NCBI GenBank assembly: GCA_035221665.1
Contig: CM069157.1
Span: 30,256,001 to 30,320,000, forward strand
Reading direction: 5' to 3'
Length of the DNA stretch: 64,000 bases
Source of the DNA: Okamejei kenojei
Taxonomy: Eukaryota
Below are positions 24,115-35,803 of the stretch, piece after piece; position 1 is the first letter of the stretch; each line of letters starts with the position of its first letter. The notes beneath the pieces were generated by a model that saw nothing but the letters and a program-made list of their open reading frames with translations, did not search any database and had not been told where the DNA came from. A program made the position numbers and the translations under genes.

Positions 24115-24979
24115 ATAAAAGGGATAACCAAGGTAAAGTCCAGTAAAGTCCAATTAAAAATAGTCTGAGGAGGTATTCCTCGGACTATATCTTGGAGGTA
24201 TTCTGGCTCCTGAACCTTGCATCACTATTCACCAGTAATCACTGCTATTCTGCCCACCATGACTTTAGTGAGTGGACAAGAAAAGAATGCGTGGGATTTT
24301 AATGTTAAAATAAAATGGTCACTCAGCTTCTCTCCTAACTACAATGGAATGTGCAGATAGGGTGATGTGGGAGGCTTCGGAGAGACTGAATGAGTATGGT
24401 CAAACATAGAGCTCATTGTGCATGCAACATTTATTTAATGAAGATGTGAACTGACCCTTCTGTTCAATGTCTGCAGGTGCTGCAAGGTCACTGGAAATCT
24501 GCGTCAGTAATGAACCAGAACTGATGCTGGAGTCAAGTGAGCATCCAGCAGATGTGTTTAAAATGATCATTTGCCGAGAGCTTTAAAATTGACTCCATCC
24601 ATGCTTAGGCAAGACATTAGACTATCCTCCAGCACTCACTATTTGAGGAATTTATCTTAGCTCTGGACTGTCAGTTACAACACATGCCCTGACAGTGAGA
24701 ACTTGTGGGAAGTCTCACCCGAGCACCAATGACATGGGTGAAGAAGGGTCCCGAAGAATGATCTTGACCAGAAATGTCACCCATTCCTTCTCCCAGAGAT
24801 GCTGCCTGTCCCACTGAGTTACTCCAGAATTTTGTGCCAATCTTTGGTTTAAACCAGCATCTGCAGTTCCTTCCTACACTAATGATTGATGGGGGCCTGA
24901 TTGCCGTATCTTTGCAGATGAGAATGTGGACTAGTGTGATGGGCCTAAGAGCTTTATTCCATGCTATATTTCTGAAAGA

Positions 24980-25460
24980 TTTAGCTCAACACCATGCATC
25001 CAAGACTGCATGAAATTGCAGAGAATCGTGGACGCGACCTAGACCATCGCGTAAACCATCCTCCCTTCCATTGACTACATTTACACCTCACGCTGCCTCG
25101 ACAAGGCCACCAGCATAATGAAGGATGAGTCTCACCCTGGTCACTCCCTCTCCTCCCCTCTCCTATCAGGGTAAAAGGTATGACAATGCACATCTCCAGA
25201 TTCAGGGGACAGTTCCTTCCCAGCTGTTATCAGGCAACTGGGAAGTTCTAGCTGTTATCAGTCAACTAGGTGTTCTATCAACACCTAGAGAGAGGTCCTG
25301 GGCTACTTTCTACCTCGATGGCGGCCATCAGACTATCTTTAATGGGACTTTACTGGACTTTATCGTGCACTGAATGTTATTCCCTTGATCATGTATATGT
25401 ACAGTGTGGACGGCTCCATTGTGATCATGTCTTGTCTTTCCACTGACTGGTTAGCACGGT
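24980..25460 (+). mobile_element. Rex1/Babar LINE 3' fragment
   Basis: KLQRIVDA...LPSIDYIYTSRCLDKATSIMKDESHPGHSL...SRFRD; tail GACTGGTTAGCAC. Confidence 0.8.
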
Positions 25461-25649
25461 GGAGAGAAAGAATAGCACCAGTAATTAAGGAATTAGAGAG
25501 GGCATTGGGAACATTAGCAGATGGCACCAATAGAACCATAGAGTCATAGAGTGATGCAGCGTGGAAACAGGCCCTTTGGCCCAACTTGCCCACACTGGCC
25601 AACAATGTCCCTGCTTCACTAGTCACACTTCCTCGACTAGACAGGCAAT

Positions 25650-26720
25650 TAACAGAGGGCATCATTCAATGGATGTTGGAGAAGGGTGAAGATGACAATG
25701 AACAGGGAATTCAGGAATGTGTAGGTAAATGAGGGAGGGTGGTAATAAAATGGGGAAAGGAAGGGGAGGGGAGAGGTGGGGGGTGAAGGGAGGGAGCAGG
25801 ACACCAGGGAACGTGGATTCAGGAAAGGTGATTGGAAATAGAGGTGGGAGAGCAAGGAGAGCTTATTTACTTTAAACGAGGACTTAAGGGAAAAGAAGAT
25901 TAATAGGGGAAGGGGAGATGTGATGAGATTAATATATCTGGGGCAGTAGGATGCGAAGGGTGATGTGGGGGGGGGGGGTTGGTTGGGGAAGGGGATAAGG
26001 GGAATGTCTAGTATTAGAGGGTATAGGGGAGGTGTGAGAGAACTTAGTGAGGAAGAGGGCATTTGTAAAGGGAGAACTTTGATAAACAAGTAAATGTGTA
26101 ATTATGGGACAGGGGTGGACTTGGGGAGGATAGATGGTCAGTGAATGTGCAGAGAGCACGAACAAAATGGGAATTTGGGAATTTGGGAAAGGGGAAGGCC
26201 ATAGATTGGGAATTTGGAAATGAGGGCAGGATTTTGCAAAGGGGAGGGCACCACTGAAGAGGGAACAAGGGGATTTGGGGAGAGGAAATTCATGAGGGCA
26301 CCTGTTGAAGGATAATAGAGTGAGTGGGAAGAGCAAATAGATTGGGACGAAAGCAGAAAGTAAATGGACATTTTAGGGACTTCAGTAAAAGCGGAGCTCT
26401 GGAAAGGAGAATAAATGAGGATTGGGGGGTAGGGGGAGATCAGTAAATGTAGGGTATGGAGGGGGGGGAAGTGGGAGACAGGGCAGATAGAACTAGCGGG
26501 CATTGCTTTAATATAAAAGGAGACGTGTAGGGCATGTTTGTTTACATGGAGACTGGAGACGTGGCACCTGAAAGACACTGAAGTACACTGAGATAGTATA
26601 CACGTCGACATATTTTAGCACCATTTTAGGGAAGGAGCACCAGCAAGTAGCTAATTTTCAAGGGGGAGTGAAGAACGATGAGGGGAGGGAGAGGGTCATA
26701 AATTGCAGTCAATGCAAGGA
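25650..26720. repeat. Purine-rich (G/A-skewed) low-complexity segment
   Basis: Strong G/A skew on +, giving Pro/Ser/Leu/Phe-rich spurious minus ORFs. Confidence 0.6.
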
Positions 26721-27239
26721 AATTGTGGAGAAGTTTGAACACAGTGGGATCAGAAACAAAGTGCAGTGTAATTCTCCCATCTCACCGTTCCCTGTTTAGA
26801 GGGTCACTTGCTTTGTACGTAGCCATTGTGCTGGGTTTGAAGCGTTTTCATAAGAAATGCAACATTAATCAGTAAATGATGAATTCATCGTCAAATTCTT
26901 GCACACCAGCTGTTTCTTTTAAACATGCCTGCTGCCGTGTACCGGCGCAATCCAAGCCATGATTCTCCTGTAGTGCAATCCTACAAGGAGAAATTTGATG
27001 TCCATCAGCAATTTTTGTTCACTTTGTACATTTTGAGCATAGGTTTTTTTTAAATTAAAGGTTGAGCGAGGGCAGTTTGTCAGGCTCTGACAGGAGCCTT
27101 CAATCCCAGTTGGAAATTTGGGAGTTTCAAGTCAGATATTTGCATGTCCTAATAGATTTTTGTGTGAGTCTGACATATTGGAAGTTCGGGGTATTGAGAA
27201 TCAACCTCGGACCAGCATGTGTATCGACTGCGGTTCTGT

Positions 27240-27835
27240 GTTTGCTCACTGACTTTCCATCAGAAGGTTAGAAGCTTCAGTATGACTTCAGTAAGTAAAC
27301 CGTGCACTGACAGGCTGCACACTTCCAAGGGTGACATCTTGCAGGTGAGATGTTAAGCCAAGGTCCTGCCTGCCTTCTCAGGTGGACATGGAATCTGTCA
27401 AAGCTTATTTGAAGAAAGGAAATGGAATTCCCCAAATGTCACTGGCCAATATTTAATGCTCTAACAAAATCTGTTTTTTTTATCCATTGCTGTGTGAGTG
27501 GACTCACATCAAGGGTGCAGCTGGTGGGAGGTGATGGGGGGTAATTGTCAGATTCTGCATTAAAAGCACAGTGGTGCAGCTGGTAGAGACCCGGGTTCAA
27601 TCCTGACCTTGGGAGCTGCCTGGGTCCCAAATTGCTAAATTGCCCCAAGTGTGTGTAAAGAGTGGATGAGAAAGTGGGATAACTTACAACCAGTGTGAAC
27701 TGGTGATCGATGGTCGGCATGGACTCGATGGACTGAAGGGCCTTTTTCCATTATGTATCTTTCAATCATTCAATTAATTCACTGGCAATAATCACTTTGG
27801 AATTTCCTGATGAGCACTACACAAATGAAAGGCTA
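27240..27835 (+). mobile_element. SacSINE1/DeuSINE-like ancient SINE, interrupted by an HE1 SINE (~27565-27775)
   Basis: GAGATGTTAAGCCAAGGTCCTGCCTGCCTTCTCAGGTGGACAT...GAAGAAAG...CTGGCCAATATTTA matches the Deu-domain as I recall it; a tail-like segment resumes ~27775. Confidence 0.7.
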
Positions 27836-27984
27836 TTCATTTATACAGTAGCTGGCATTTAGAGAGAAAAGGTACATTCCTATCCTTCGTGATCACATTT
27901 GTAACGGAAATTGGAAGATAGAAAAAGGGCTAAAGCAGTTCTGCTTTCCAATCTACAAAGAACATTGCCGATCAATGGCACAGA

Positions 27985-28480
27985 GCCAGTGACCCAGGTC
28001 TGATCATGAGCTTGGGTGCTGTCGGTGTGGAGTTTGCGCGTTTTCGCTATGTACACGTGGGTTTCCTCAGGGTGCACCAATGTCTTCCCACATCCTAAAG
28101 AGGTGCCGGTTTGTAAGTTAAAGATAGGCACAAAGTGCTGGAATAATGCAATGGGTCAGGCAGCATCTCTGGAGGAAAAGAATGAATGACCTTTTGGGTT
28201 GGGACCCTTCTTCGGACTGAAGATGGGTCCCGACTCGAAATGTCACACATCCTTTTTCTCCAGAGATGCTGGCCCACTGTTATTCCAGCACGTTGTGTCT
28301 ATCTTCAGTATAAACCAACATAGGCAGTTCATTGTTTCTACAGGTTTATAGGTTAATTTGCCTCTGTAAATTGCCCGTACTGTGTAGGGATATAAAAGTG
28401 TGATAGCATAGAACTAGTGTGAGTGGGTGATGGACTTAGTGGGATGAAGTGCTTAATTCCATGTTGTTACTCTAAACTAA
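27985..28480 (+). mobile_element. HE1-like SINE split by an inverted+forward hammerhead-module insertion (28122-28342)
   Basis: TSD GGTTTGTAAGTTAA (28108-28121) / GGTTTATAGGTTAA (28343-28356). Confidence 0.8.
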
Positions 28481-29384
28481 ACATCATATTGACCTCAACA
28501 GAACACGATAATTTAAAAATCAAAAAAGCAGCAGATGCTGGAAATGTGAACAGAAAAAGGTTGAAATATTTTGCTGTTCTGTCGGTCTCTGTGGAGACAG
28601 GAAACACAGTTGAAGTTTCAGGTCGATGTCCTTTAATGAGGAATTCCTGAATATTTTGTTTTTATTCTAGCTGATCATGCTGTAGGCAGGGGTGGGAGGC
28701 TGAACGGCTCCTGCTTTCCCTGGATATACCAGCACTATTGTCCCAGCAGCCAGAAGTTGGACCCCTAGATGGAGCCAAAAAATGGGAGACCTGTTCATGC
28801 TCTTATCTCATAGATGCATCAAAAAAATTATTTGTTTTAATTTAACACAACACCATCCCGCTTCTTGCTGTTGACGTATTTATTGCACGGACCATTTTTG
28901 TTGTTATATGATATTTAGAATACTTTGAATAAAATTACAGCAATTTTTTGATTGACAAAAGGTACATATTTCTGAGAAAAAAAATTGTAAATCGAAATGG
29001 CTGGGGCTGATTCATGGGTGGGTATATTAGTACATGGAATCGCGTGGGCAGAAAGAGATGTGCTATTTTGTATAATGTAAAACTAACTTGTAATTCAAAG
29101 GCATGCATTCCCAAAGAGGCAATGGCATGATGGGGTCAAGGAAAGAGCGTTCACGTCGCGGCCCTGCCCTCACCAATCTTCCCACCATCACGCACAAGAA
29201 GAGACAAGACAGACAACATTGTGTGCAGATGCCGAGAAGTGTGCTCAGCTCTGGCTGAACAACTTCTAATCTTGTGTGTGGACTCGATAAAGAGAAGAAT
29301 GGCATGATAGCAAAGATTTTGTAACGGGGAAGTTTGTAAATTGAGGAATACCTGCACCCAGAGCATACGGACTTGCTTGCTACT

Positions 29385-29495
29385 GAAGTCTGCTACTGGA
29401 GTCTGAAAGAAGGTCTCGACCCGAAACGTCGCCTATCTCCTTCGCTCCTTAGATGCTGCTGCACCCGCTGAGTTTCTCCAGCTTTTTTGTGTACC
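29385..29495 (+). mobile_element. Stand-alone hammerhead module with 13-bp TSD
   Basis: CTTGCTTGCTACT at 29372-29384 and 29496-29508; body nearly identical to 32355-32446. Confidence 0.85.
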
Positions 29496-29639
29496 CTTGC
29501 TTGCTACTCCCATGGTCCCAGTGCTTCTGGTCGCCCAGGTATCTCCTCATGCTGTTTGGCATGAACAATGTGCCGTGGAATTGATGACAAAGCCTTAAGT
29601 GGGGGAACAGTCTGAGTCAGGTAACAGGGAGTTATAATG

Positions 29640-29880
29640 TGTATGAAGGAACCGCAGATGCTGGTTTAAATCGAGGATAGCCACAAAATGCTGGAGTAAC
29701 TCAGCGGGACAGGCAGCATCTCTGGAGAGAAGGAAGGGGTGGCGTTTCGGGTCAAGACCCTTCTTCAGACTGATGTCAGGGAAGTGGGAGGTACATAGAT
29801 AAGGAAGTGTATAGATAAGGAAGTGAAAGGTGTGAAAACAGGACAAAGGGAATGTAGATCAAGGAAAATGTAGAAATGTA
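29640..29880 (-). mobile_element. Penelope pLTR fragment with hammerhead-like core (GUC mutated to GCC)
   Basis: GGCGTTTCGGGTCAAGACCCTTCTTCAGAC followed by purine-rich 3'UTR sequence. Confidence 0.8.
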
Positions 29881-30336
29881 GAATACAACAGGGAGATATA
29901 GACAGGCCAGAACAAACCCCACCTGCCATACCCCACTGGAGATAAGACAGCTCCCCCGTGTTGTAAACTGTCACAGCTTGAAACACTGTATATATTCCTG
30001 AATGTAACTGATATTCAGAATCATTTATAAAATATTAACAATGAAATAATATTAAAAATATTGTATATCTGCCCACAAAAATCAATGAAGACCATTCAAA
30101 ATATAAACATTAAAGAAATCACAAACAATTACGAGAAAGGAGCTGAGCTTATTTGCTTATGTTTTCTGACTGTCTTATAGCTGTCACTGAAATTATTTCA
30201 GCAACACAGTTCATGTATCAGATCTACCCAGTGCATGATCAATCAGCAGAGTCTCCATGGTCAGTGCAGGTGGGAACTCGCCCAACACGTTTGAAATTGT
30301 TTCACCTGACGAGGAATCCTCAAACCCTTCAGCACG

Positions 30337-32120
30337 AGGTGCCGTGGTAGTCTGGCGCGTCGATCTCTACAAAGCGGAGGCCACGCGCCAACTCTCGGAC
30401 ACCTCCTCCTACTTACCCCTGGACCATGACCCCACTGACGAACACCAGGCCACCATCTCGAGCACCTTAACCGACTTCATCAGCTCCGGCTCCCTACCCC
30501 CCCGAGCCTCCGACCTCATCGTTTCCCAGCCCCGCACGGCCCGATTTTACCTTCTCCCCAAAATCCACAAACCCGACTGCCCTGGCAGACCCATTGTCTC
30601 TGCCTGTTCGTGCCCCACCGAACACAGTTTCCACATTACCTTGACGCCATCCTATCTCCCTTTGTTAAATCCCTCCCCACCTATGTTCAAGACACCTCAG
30701 ACACTCTCCGTCGGCTCCGTGCATTCCATTCTCCAGGCCCCCATCCTCTCATCTTTACCATGGACGTTCCAGTCACTCTACACCTCCACCCCCACCAGGA
30801 CGGTCTCAAAGCCCTCCGGTTTCTTCCTCGACCAGAGGAGCAACCCATACCCGTCCACTGACACCCTTCTCCGCCTAGCAGAGTTGGTCCTCACCTCAAT
30901 AACTTCTCTTTTGATTCCTCCCATTTCCTCCAAACACAAGGCGTAGCTATGGGCACACGCATGGGCCCCAGCTACGCTTGCCTCTTTGTTGGGTACGTCG
31001 AACAATCCTTGTTCTCGGCGTACCAGGGGCCCCATCCCCGACCTCTACCTCCGTACATCGACGACTGCTTTGGTGTCACCTCCTGCACCCACACACAACT
31101 GACTGACTTCATTCATTTCACCACCAACTTCCATCCGGCACTCAAATACACTTGGACCATTTCCGACATTTCCCTACCATTCCTTGACCTCACCATCTCT
31201 ATTGCAGGTGATACGCTCCTGACCGACATCACTACAAAACCAACTGACTCCCACAGCTACCTGGACTACTCTTCCTCCCACCCTGCTTCCTGTAAGGACT
31301 CCATCTCCTATTCCCAATTCCTCGTCTACGCCGCATGTGCTCCCAGGATGAGGTGTTCCACACCAGGTCATCACAAATGGCCTCATTCTTCAGAGAACGG
31401 GCATTCCCCTCCCCCACTATTGATGAGGCTCGCACCAGGGTCTCCTCCATACCCCGCAACACTGCCCTCGCTCCCCATTCCCCACTCGCAAACAGGGCAG
31501 AGTCCCCCTGGTCCTCACCTTTCACCCCACCAGCCGGCAAATACAAACATATAGTCCTCCGCCAGTATTCGCCACCTCCAACGTGACCCCTCCACCCCCA
31601 CATCTTCCCATTTCCCCCCCTGTCTGCCTTCCGCAAAGACCGCTCCATCCGCAACTCCCTTGTCAATTCTTCCCTCCCCTCCCGCTCTAAACCCCTTCCC
31701 CGGGCACTTTCCCTTGCAACCGCAAGAAATGCAACACTTGTCCCTTCACCTCCCCCCTCCACTCCTTTCAGGGACCCAAGCAGTCCTTCCAGGTCCGACA
31801 GAGGTTCACCTGCACCTCCTCCAAACCTCATCTACTGCATCCGCTGCTCCAGATGCCAGATGATCTATATCGGTGAGACCAAGCGGAGGCTTGGCGATCG
31901 CTTCGCCGAACACCTCCGCTCGGTCCGCAATAACCAACCCGACCTCCCGGTGGCTCAGCACTTCAACTCCCCCTCCCATTCCGTATCCGACCTCTCGGTC
32001 CTGGGCCTCCTCCACGGCCAGAGTGAGCAACACCGCAAGTTGGAGGAACAGCACCTCATATTCCGCTTGGGGAGTCTACATCCTTTGGGCTTGAACATTG
32101 AATTTTCTCAATTCTGTTAA
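30337..32120 (+). pseudogene. PLE reverse transcriptase/GIY-YIG ORF with multiple single-base frameshifts
   Basis: Consecutive ORF pieces (30257, 30610, 30949, 31335, 31860) each carry PLE motifs; ends GLNIEFSQFC*. Confidence 0.9.
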
Positions 32121-32354
32121 CCCTTGCTGTCTCCTCCCCTTCCCACCTCTCCCTCAGCCCTCGGGCCCTGGCATTCCCTCTATCTCTATCTCCCTCCCCC
32201 ACCCCAGTCGCACCAGCTTCTCATTTTCACACCACAAACAGCTTACAATGGCTTGTTCCCTTTATCATCGATACTTTTTTGCATATCTTTCATTCATTGT
32301 TCCTTATCTCTCCACATCACCGTCTATATCTCTCGTTTCCCTGATCCCTGACCA

Positions 32355-32386
32355 GTCTGAAGAAGGGTCTCGACCCGAAACGTCGC
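32355..32386 (+). ncRNA. Minimal type-I hammerhead ribozyme motif in the PLE pLTR
   Basis: CTGAAGA (32357-63), extra A, stem II GGGTC-TC-GACCC, GAAA, palindromic ACGT minimal stem III, predicted cleavage after GTC at 32384. Confidence 0.75.
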
Positions 32387-32452
32387 CTATCTCCTTCGCT
32401 CCTTAGATGCTGCTGCACCCGCTGAGTTTCTCCAGCTTTTTGTGTAAGCACG

Positions 32453-32710
32453 TTTAGTTTAGTTTAGTTTAGTTTAGTTTAGAGATACAGCGCGAAGCCA
32501 GGCCCTTTGGTCCACCGGGTCCGCACCGACCAGCGATCCCCACACATTAATACTATCCTACACACACTGGGAACAATTTGCACTTATACCAAGCCAATTA
32601 ACCTACAAAACTGTACGCCTTTGGAGTGTGGGAGGAAACGGAAGATCTCGGCGAAAACCCACACAGTCACGGGGAGAACGTACAAACTCTACCACTGCTC
32701 CACTGTGCTG
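32453..32710 (-). mobile_element. HE1-like SINE with (TTTAG)n tail
   Basis: Tail and core as in other copies; head partly deleted. Confidence 0.85.
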
Positions 32711-33159
32711 ACAGAAATATGTGCGCTGAGAAATCCTCAATTTAGTTCAGTATAATGTCACGTGTACTGAGGTACAGTGAAAACCTTTTGTTGTTTGCTA
32801 ACCACTCAGCGGAAAGATGATACATGAATCGTTCGATGTAATGTTCGATAAAAGATAGTCCTGACAGTACTGTGAAAAGCTGCTTTCATCACAAGCCCAG
32901 GCCCTCATATTGAACATTTCCACTTTTGGGAGAAAGATTCTGATGGTCTATCCTATCTAGTCCTCTCATAAATGTGGATGCTTTAGTTAGGTGTCCCCTC
33001 AGCCTCGAACGTTCCAGTGAAAAGAATCCAAGTTTGCTCAATCTCTCCTTCTCGGTAATACTCTCTAATCCAGGCAGAATTCTGGTAAACCTTTTGTGCA
33101 CCATCTCCCAGGACTCCACAGCCTCCTGTAAGGAGATGACTGGAACTGAGACAAAGCTC

Positions 33160-33677
33160 TGTTGGAGGGTATTTAGTGTTTAACCTGTACCGTGTATCTG
33201 GTTTCACGTGGGGGACCAGTTGCACTCTTAATTACAGCTCAGAAAGGCACAGACACAAAGAACATCTCGTAGAGCAGTGATGGATTTCTCAAACAAGCCG
33301 GTTTATTCAAGGCCTTCACAGTATGCACAGAACACCCTCAGAGGACCCAAAGTGTTTCAAAATTCGCAGCATCCACAGCATTTTTATATACCCACAACAA
33401 TGGTTACATATGAATTTTGCACCTTTGAAACAATTTACCATTGATCAACGTTTAACCTTTGGTTCCTTGTCATTGGAAAACAATTCCTCCATTTACCTAA
33501 CAAATGGATACAAATCCTACACCCAATTCACCATTGATCAAAGTTTAACCTCCTGTTTCCTGTCAGTAGGAAACAATTCCTCCATTTAAATAATCAATGG
33601 TGCAATAAAGGACACCTCGATTTCTGGCTCCATGTGGAATTTACACCTGATAAATCTATTTATCACTTCCCCTAACA
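33160..33677 (-). mobile_element. Probable solo LTR (ERV-like)
   Basis: TGTTGGAGGG...CCCCTAACA ends; minus-strand TATATAAA (~33385) upstream of AATAAA (~33303); internal ~92-bp duplication (CCATTGATCAA..AAACAATTCCTCCATTTA). Confidence 0.5.
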
Positions 33678-33744
33678 TCCTCTGCATTTTTTTTCCAGAG
33701 TGCTTTCCCAGTCCACAAACTCTTGGGTTAAACATATTACAAAC

Positions 33745-35215
33745 TACTCAAGATAGACACAAAGTGCTGGAGTATCTCAGTGGGTCAGGCAGCAAGGAAC
33801 CCTCCTTCAGACTGAAGGTTGAAGGGAGGGAACTGGAGGTAAGAAAAGGCCAGCACAAAGCAGTGGCAGCAACAGATGACCTAAGAAGAGTGGAGCCCAG
33901 ATGGTCCATTGTTGGCTGGCGAAAACGTCATACTGATGTGATACAAGGATGCAAACAGTGGAACTAGTATGATGACTAGGGTGGGGGTGGGAGGGAGGAA
34001 ATGCAAGGTTTACTTGAAATAATAGAAATCACCGTTCACACCGATGGGTTTTTTACTGCCCAAGCGAAATACGAGGTGCTGTTCCTCCAATCTGGCAGTG
34101 GGGGAGGCTGAGGACGGAAAGGTCAGTATGGGAATGGGAAGGGGAGTTTGGCAACTGGGAGATCACATAGGCCAAGGTGGACTGAACATAGGTGTTCAGC
34201 GAAACGATCACCGAGGCAGCACTTGGTCTCGCCGACATATAGGAACCCACACCTAGACCAATAGATACAGTAGATAAGGTTTGAGGACGTGCAAGTGAAT
34301 TACTGCTTTATCTAAAAGGACTGTTGGAGTCCTTGGATGGTCGAGGAAGGGGGTATAGGGACAGGTGTTGTATCTCCTGCAGCTGCAGGGGTTAGTACCT
34401 ATGGAGGGGGTGGTTTGACAATAGACAATAGACAATAGACAATAGGTGCAGGAGTAGGCCATTTGGCCCTTCGAGACAGCACCGCCATTCAATGTGATCA
34501 TGGCTGATCATCCCCAATCGGTACCCCGTTCCTGCCTTCTCCCCATATCCCCTGACTTTGCTATTTTTAAGAGCCCTATCTAGCTCTCTCTTGAAAGCAT
34601 CCACCACCCTCTGAGGCAGACAATTCCACAGACTCACCACTCTCTGTGAGGAAAAGTGTTTCCTCGTCTCCGTTCTAAATGGCTTACTCCTTATTCTTAA
34701 ACTGTGGCCCCTGGTTCTGGACTCCCCCAACATCGGGAACATGTTCCCTGCCTCTAATGTGTAACAATCTTATATGTTTCAATGATATCACCTCTCATCC
34801 TTCTAAACTCCAGAGTGTACAAGCCCAGCTGCTCCATTCTCTCAGCATATGACAGTCCCGCCATCCCGGGAATTAACCTTGTAAACCTACGCTGCACTCC
34901 CTCAATAGCAAGAATGTCCTTCCTCAAATTAGGGGACCAAAACTGCACACAATACTCCAGGTGTGGTCTCACTAGGGCTCTGTAGGGTGGGAAGGGATAG
35001 TGGGAAGAGATGAGTGAAGCGGTGAGTTGCAGAGGGAACGGTCTCTGCAGAAAATAGAAAGGGGTAGAGATGGAAAGGTGTAACTAGTGGTGGGATCCCG
35101 TTGGAGGTGGCAACAATATTGGAGGATGTGTTTGATGTGACAGCTGATGGGGTAAAAGGTGAGGACTAGGGGGACTCTGTCGATGTTATGACTGGGGGGA
35201 GGGGGAGCAAGAGCA
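33745..35215 (-). mobile_element. Older Penelope 3' fragment interrupted by CR1 (34418-34984)
   Basis: GIY-YIG-region similarity to 31500-32100 on both sides of the CR1; pLTR remnant at 33750-33813. Confidence 0.8.
34418..34984 (-). mobile_element. CR1 LINE 3' fragment
   Basis: RPHLEYCVQFWSPNLRKDILAIEGVQRRFTRLIPG; (GACAATA)n tail. Confidence 0.9.
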
Positions 35216-35803
35216 AATTACTCATCTTTGTTATAATGTGCAGAATATTCTACACCAACATGGTCTAGCCAATGTTCTATAAAACTGCAACATGTTGTCT
35301 TCACTCCTGCCTAACTGACTAAAAATCATCAAAGGCAACTAGTAACTACATAATCAGGAATCCACAGTAATAAAGGGCAAATATTTATTTAAACAAAAAT
35401 ATTCCTCAGTTTTTGACTGAATCTTGGTATTCAAATGGATCATAGAAACATAGAAACATAGAAAAATAGGTGCAGGAGTAGGCCATTCAGCCCTTCGAGC
35501 CAGCACCGCCATTCAATATGATCATGGCTGACCATCAATGTAGGGATTAAAGCAGTTAAGAATCTGACAGATTCAATAGTTCTCTTTCACTTGTTAAATA
35601 TTCATTGGTGAGTGACCGTGTGGGATTTGACTCTTGACATTTCGTAATTATGTATAAATCCTGTAAACTGGTTTGAGCACTCAAATGTGAGACTGAATAC
35701 TTAGTTTGACTGGTGTGTGGCTGTTTAAAAAATGTAGAGATTAATTACAGGTTAATTGAAAATCAGAATTTCGTTTGAAAGCATGGGAGTTATCAGATCC
35801 TTA

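Larger units (their letters stand above)
30337..32446 (+). mobile_element. Penelope-like element (Neptune-like), 5'-truncated: RT + GIY-YIG + pLTR
   Basis: GAVVVW, FYLLPKIHK..PGRPIVS, MGTRMGPSYA, YIDD, FLD; IYCIRCSRC-IYIGETKR..RFAEH; flanked by AGCACG at 30331-30336 and 32447-32452. Confidence 0.95.

Noticed and set aside
25649-26611. Several 135-157 aa minus-strand ORFs
   Set aside because: Low-complexity Pro/Ser/Leu products of compositional skew, with no domain.
30306-30326. CTGACGAGGAATCCTCAAAC as a hammerhead
   Set aside because: Lacks the GAAA and NUH core in the right positions.
30257-30336. Apparent N-terminal extension of the PLE ORF (MVSAGGNSP...)
   Set aside because: Lies outside the AGCACG-bounded insertion; chance in-frame flank.
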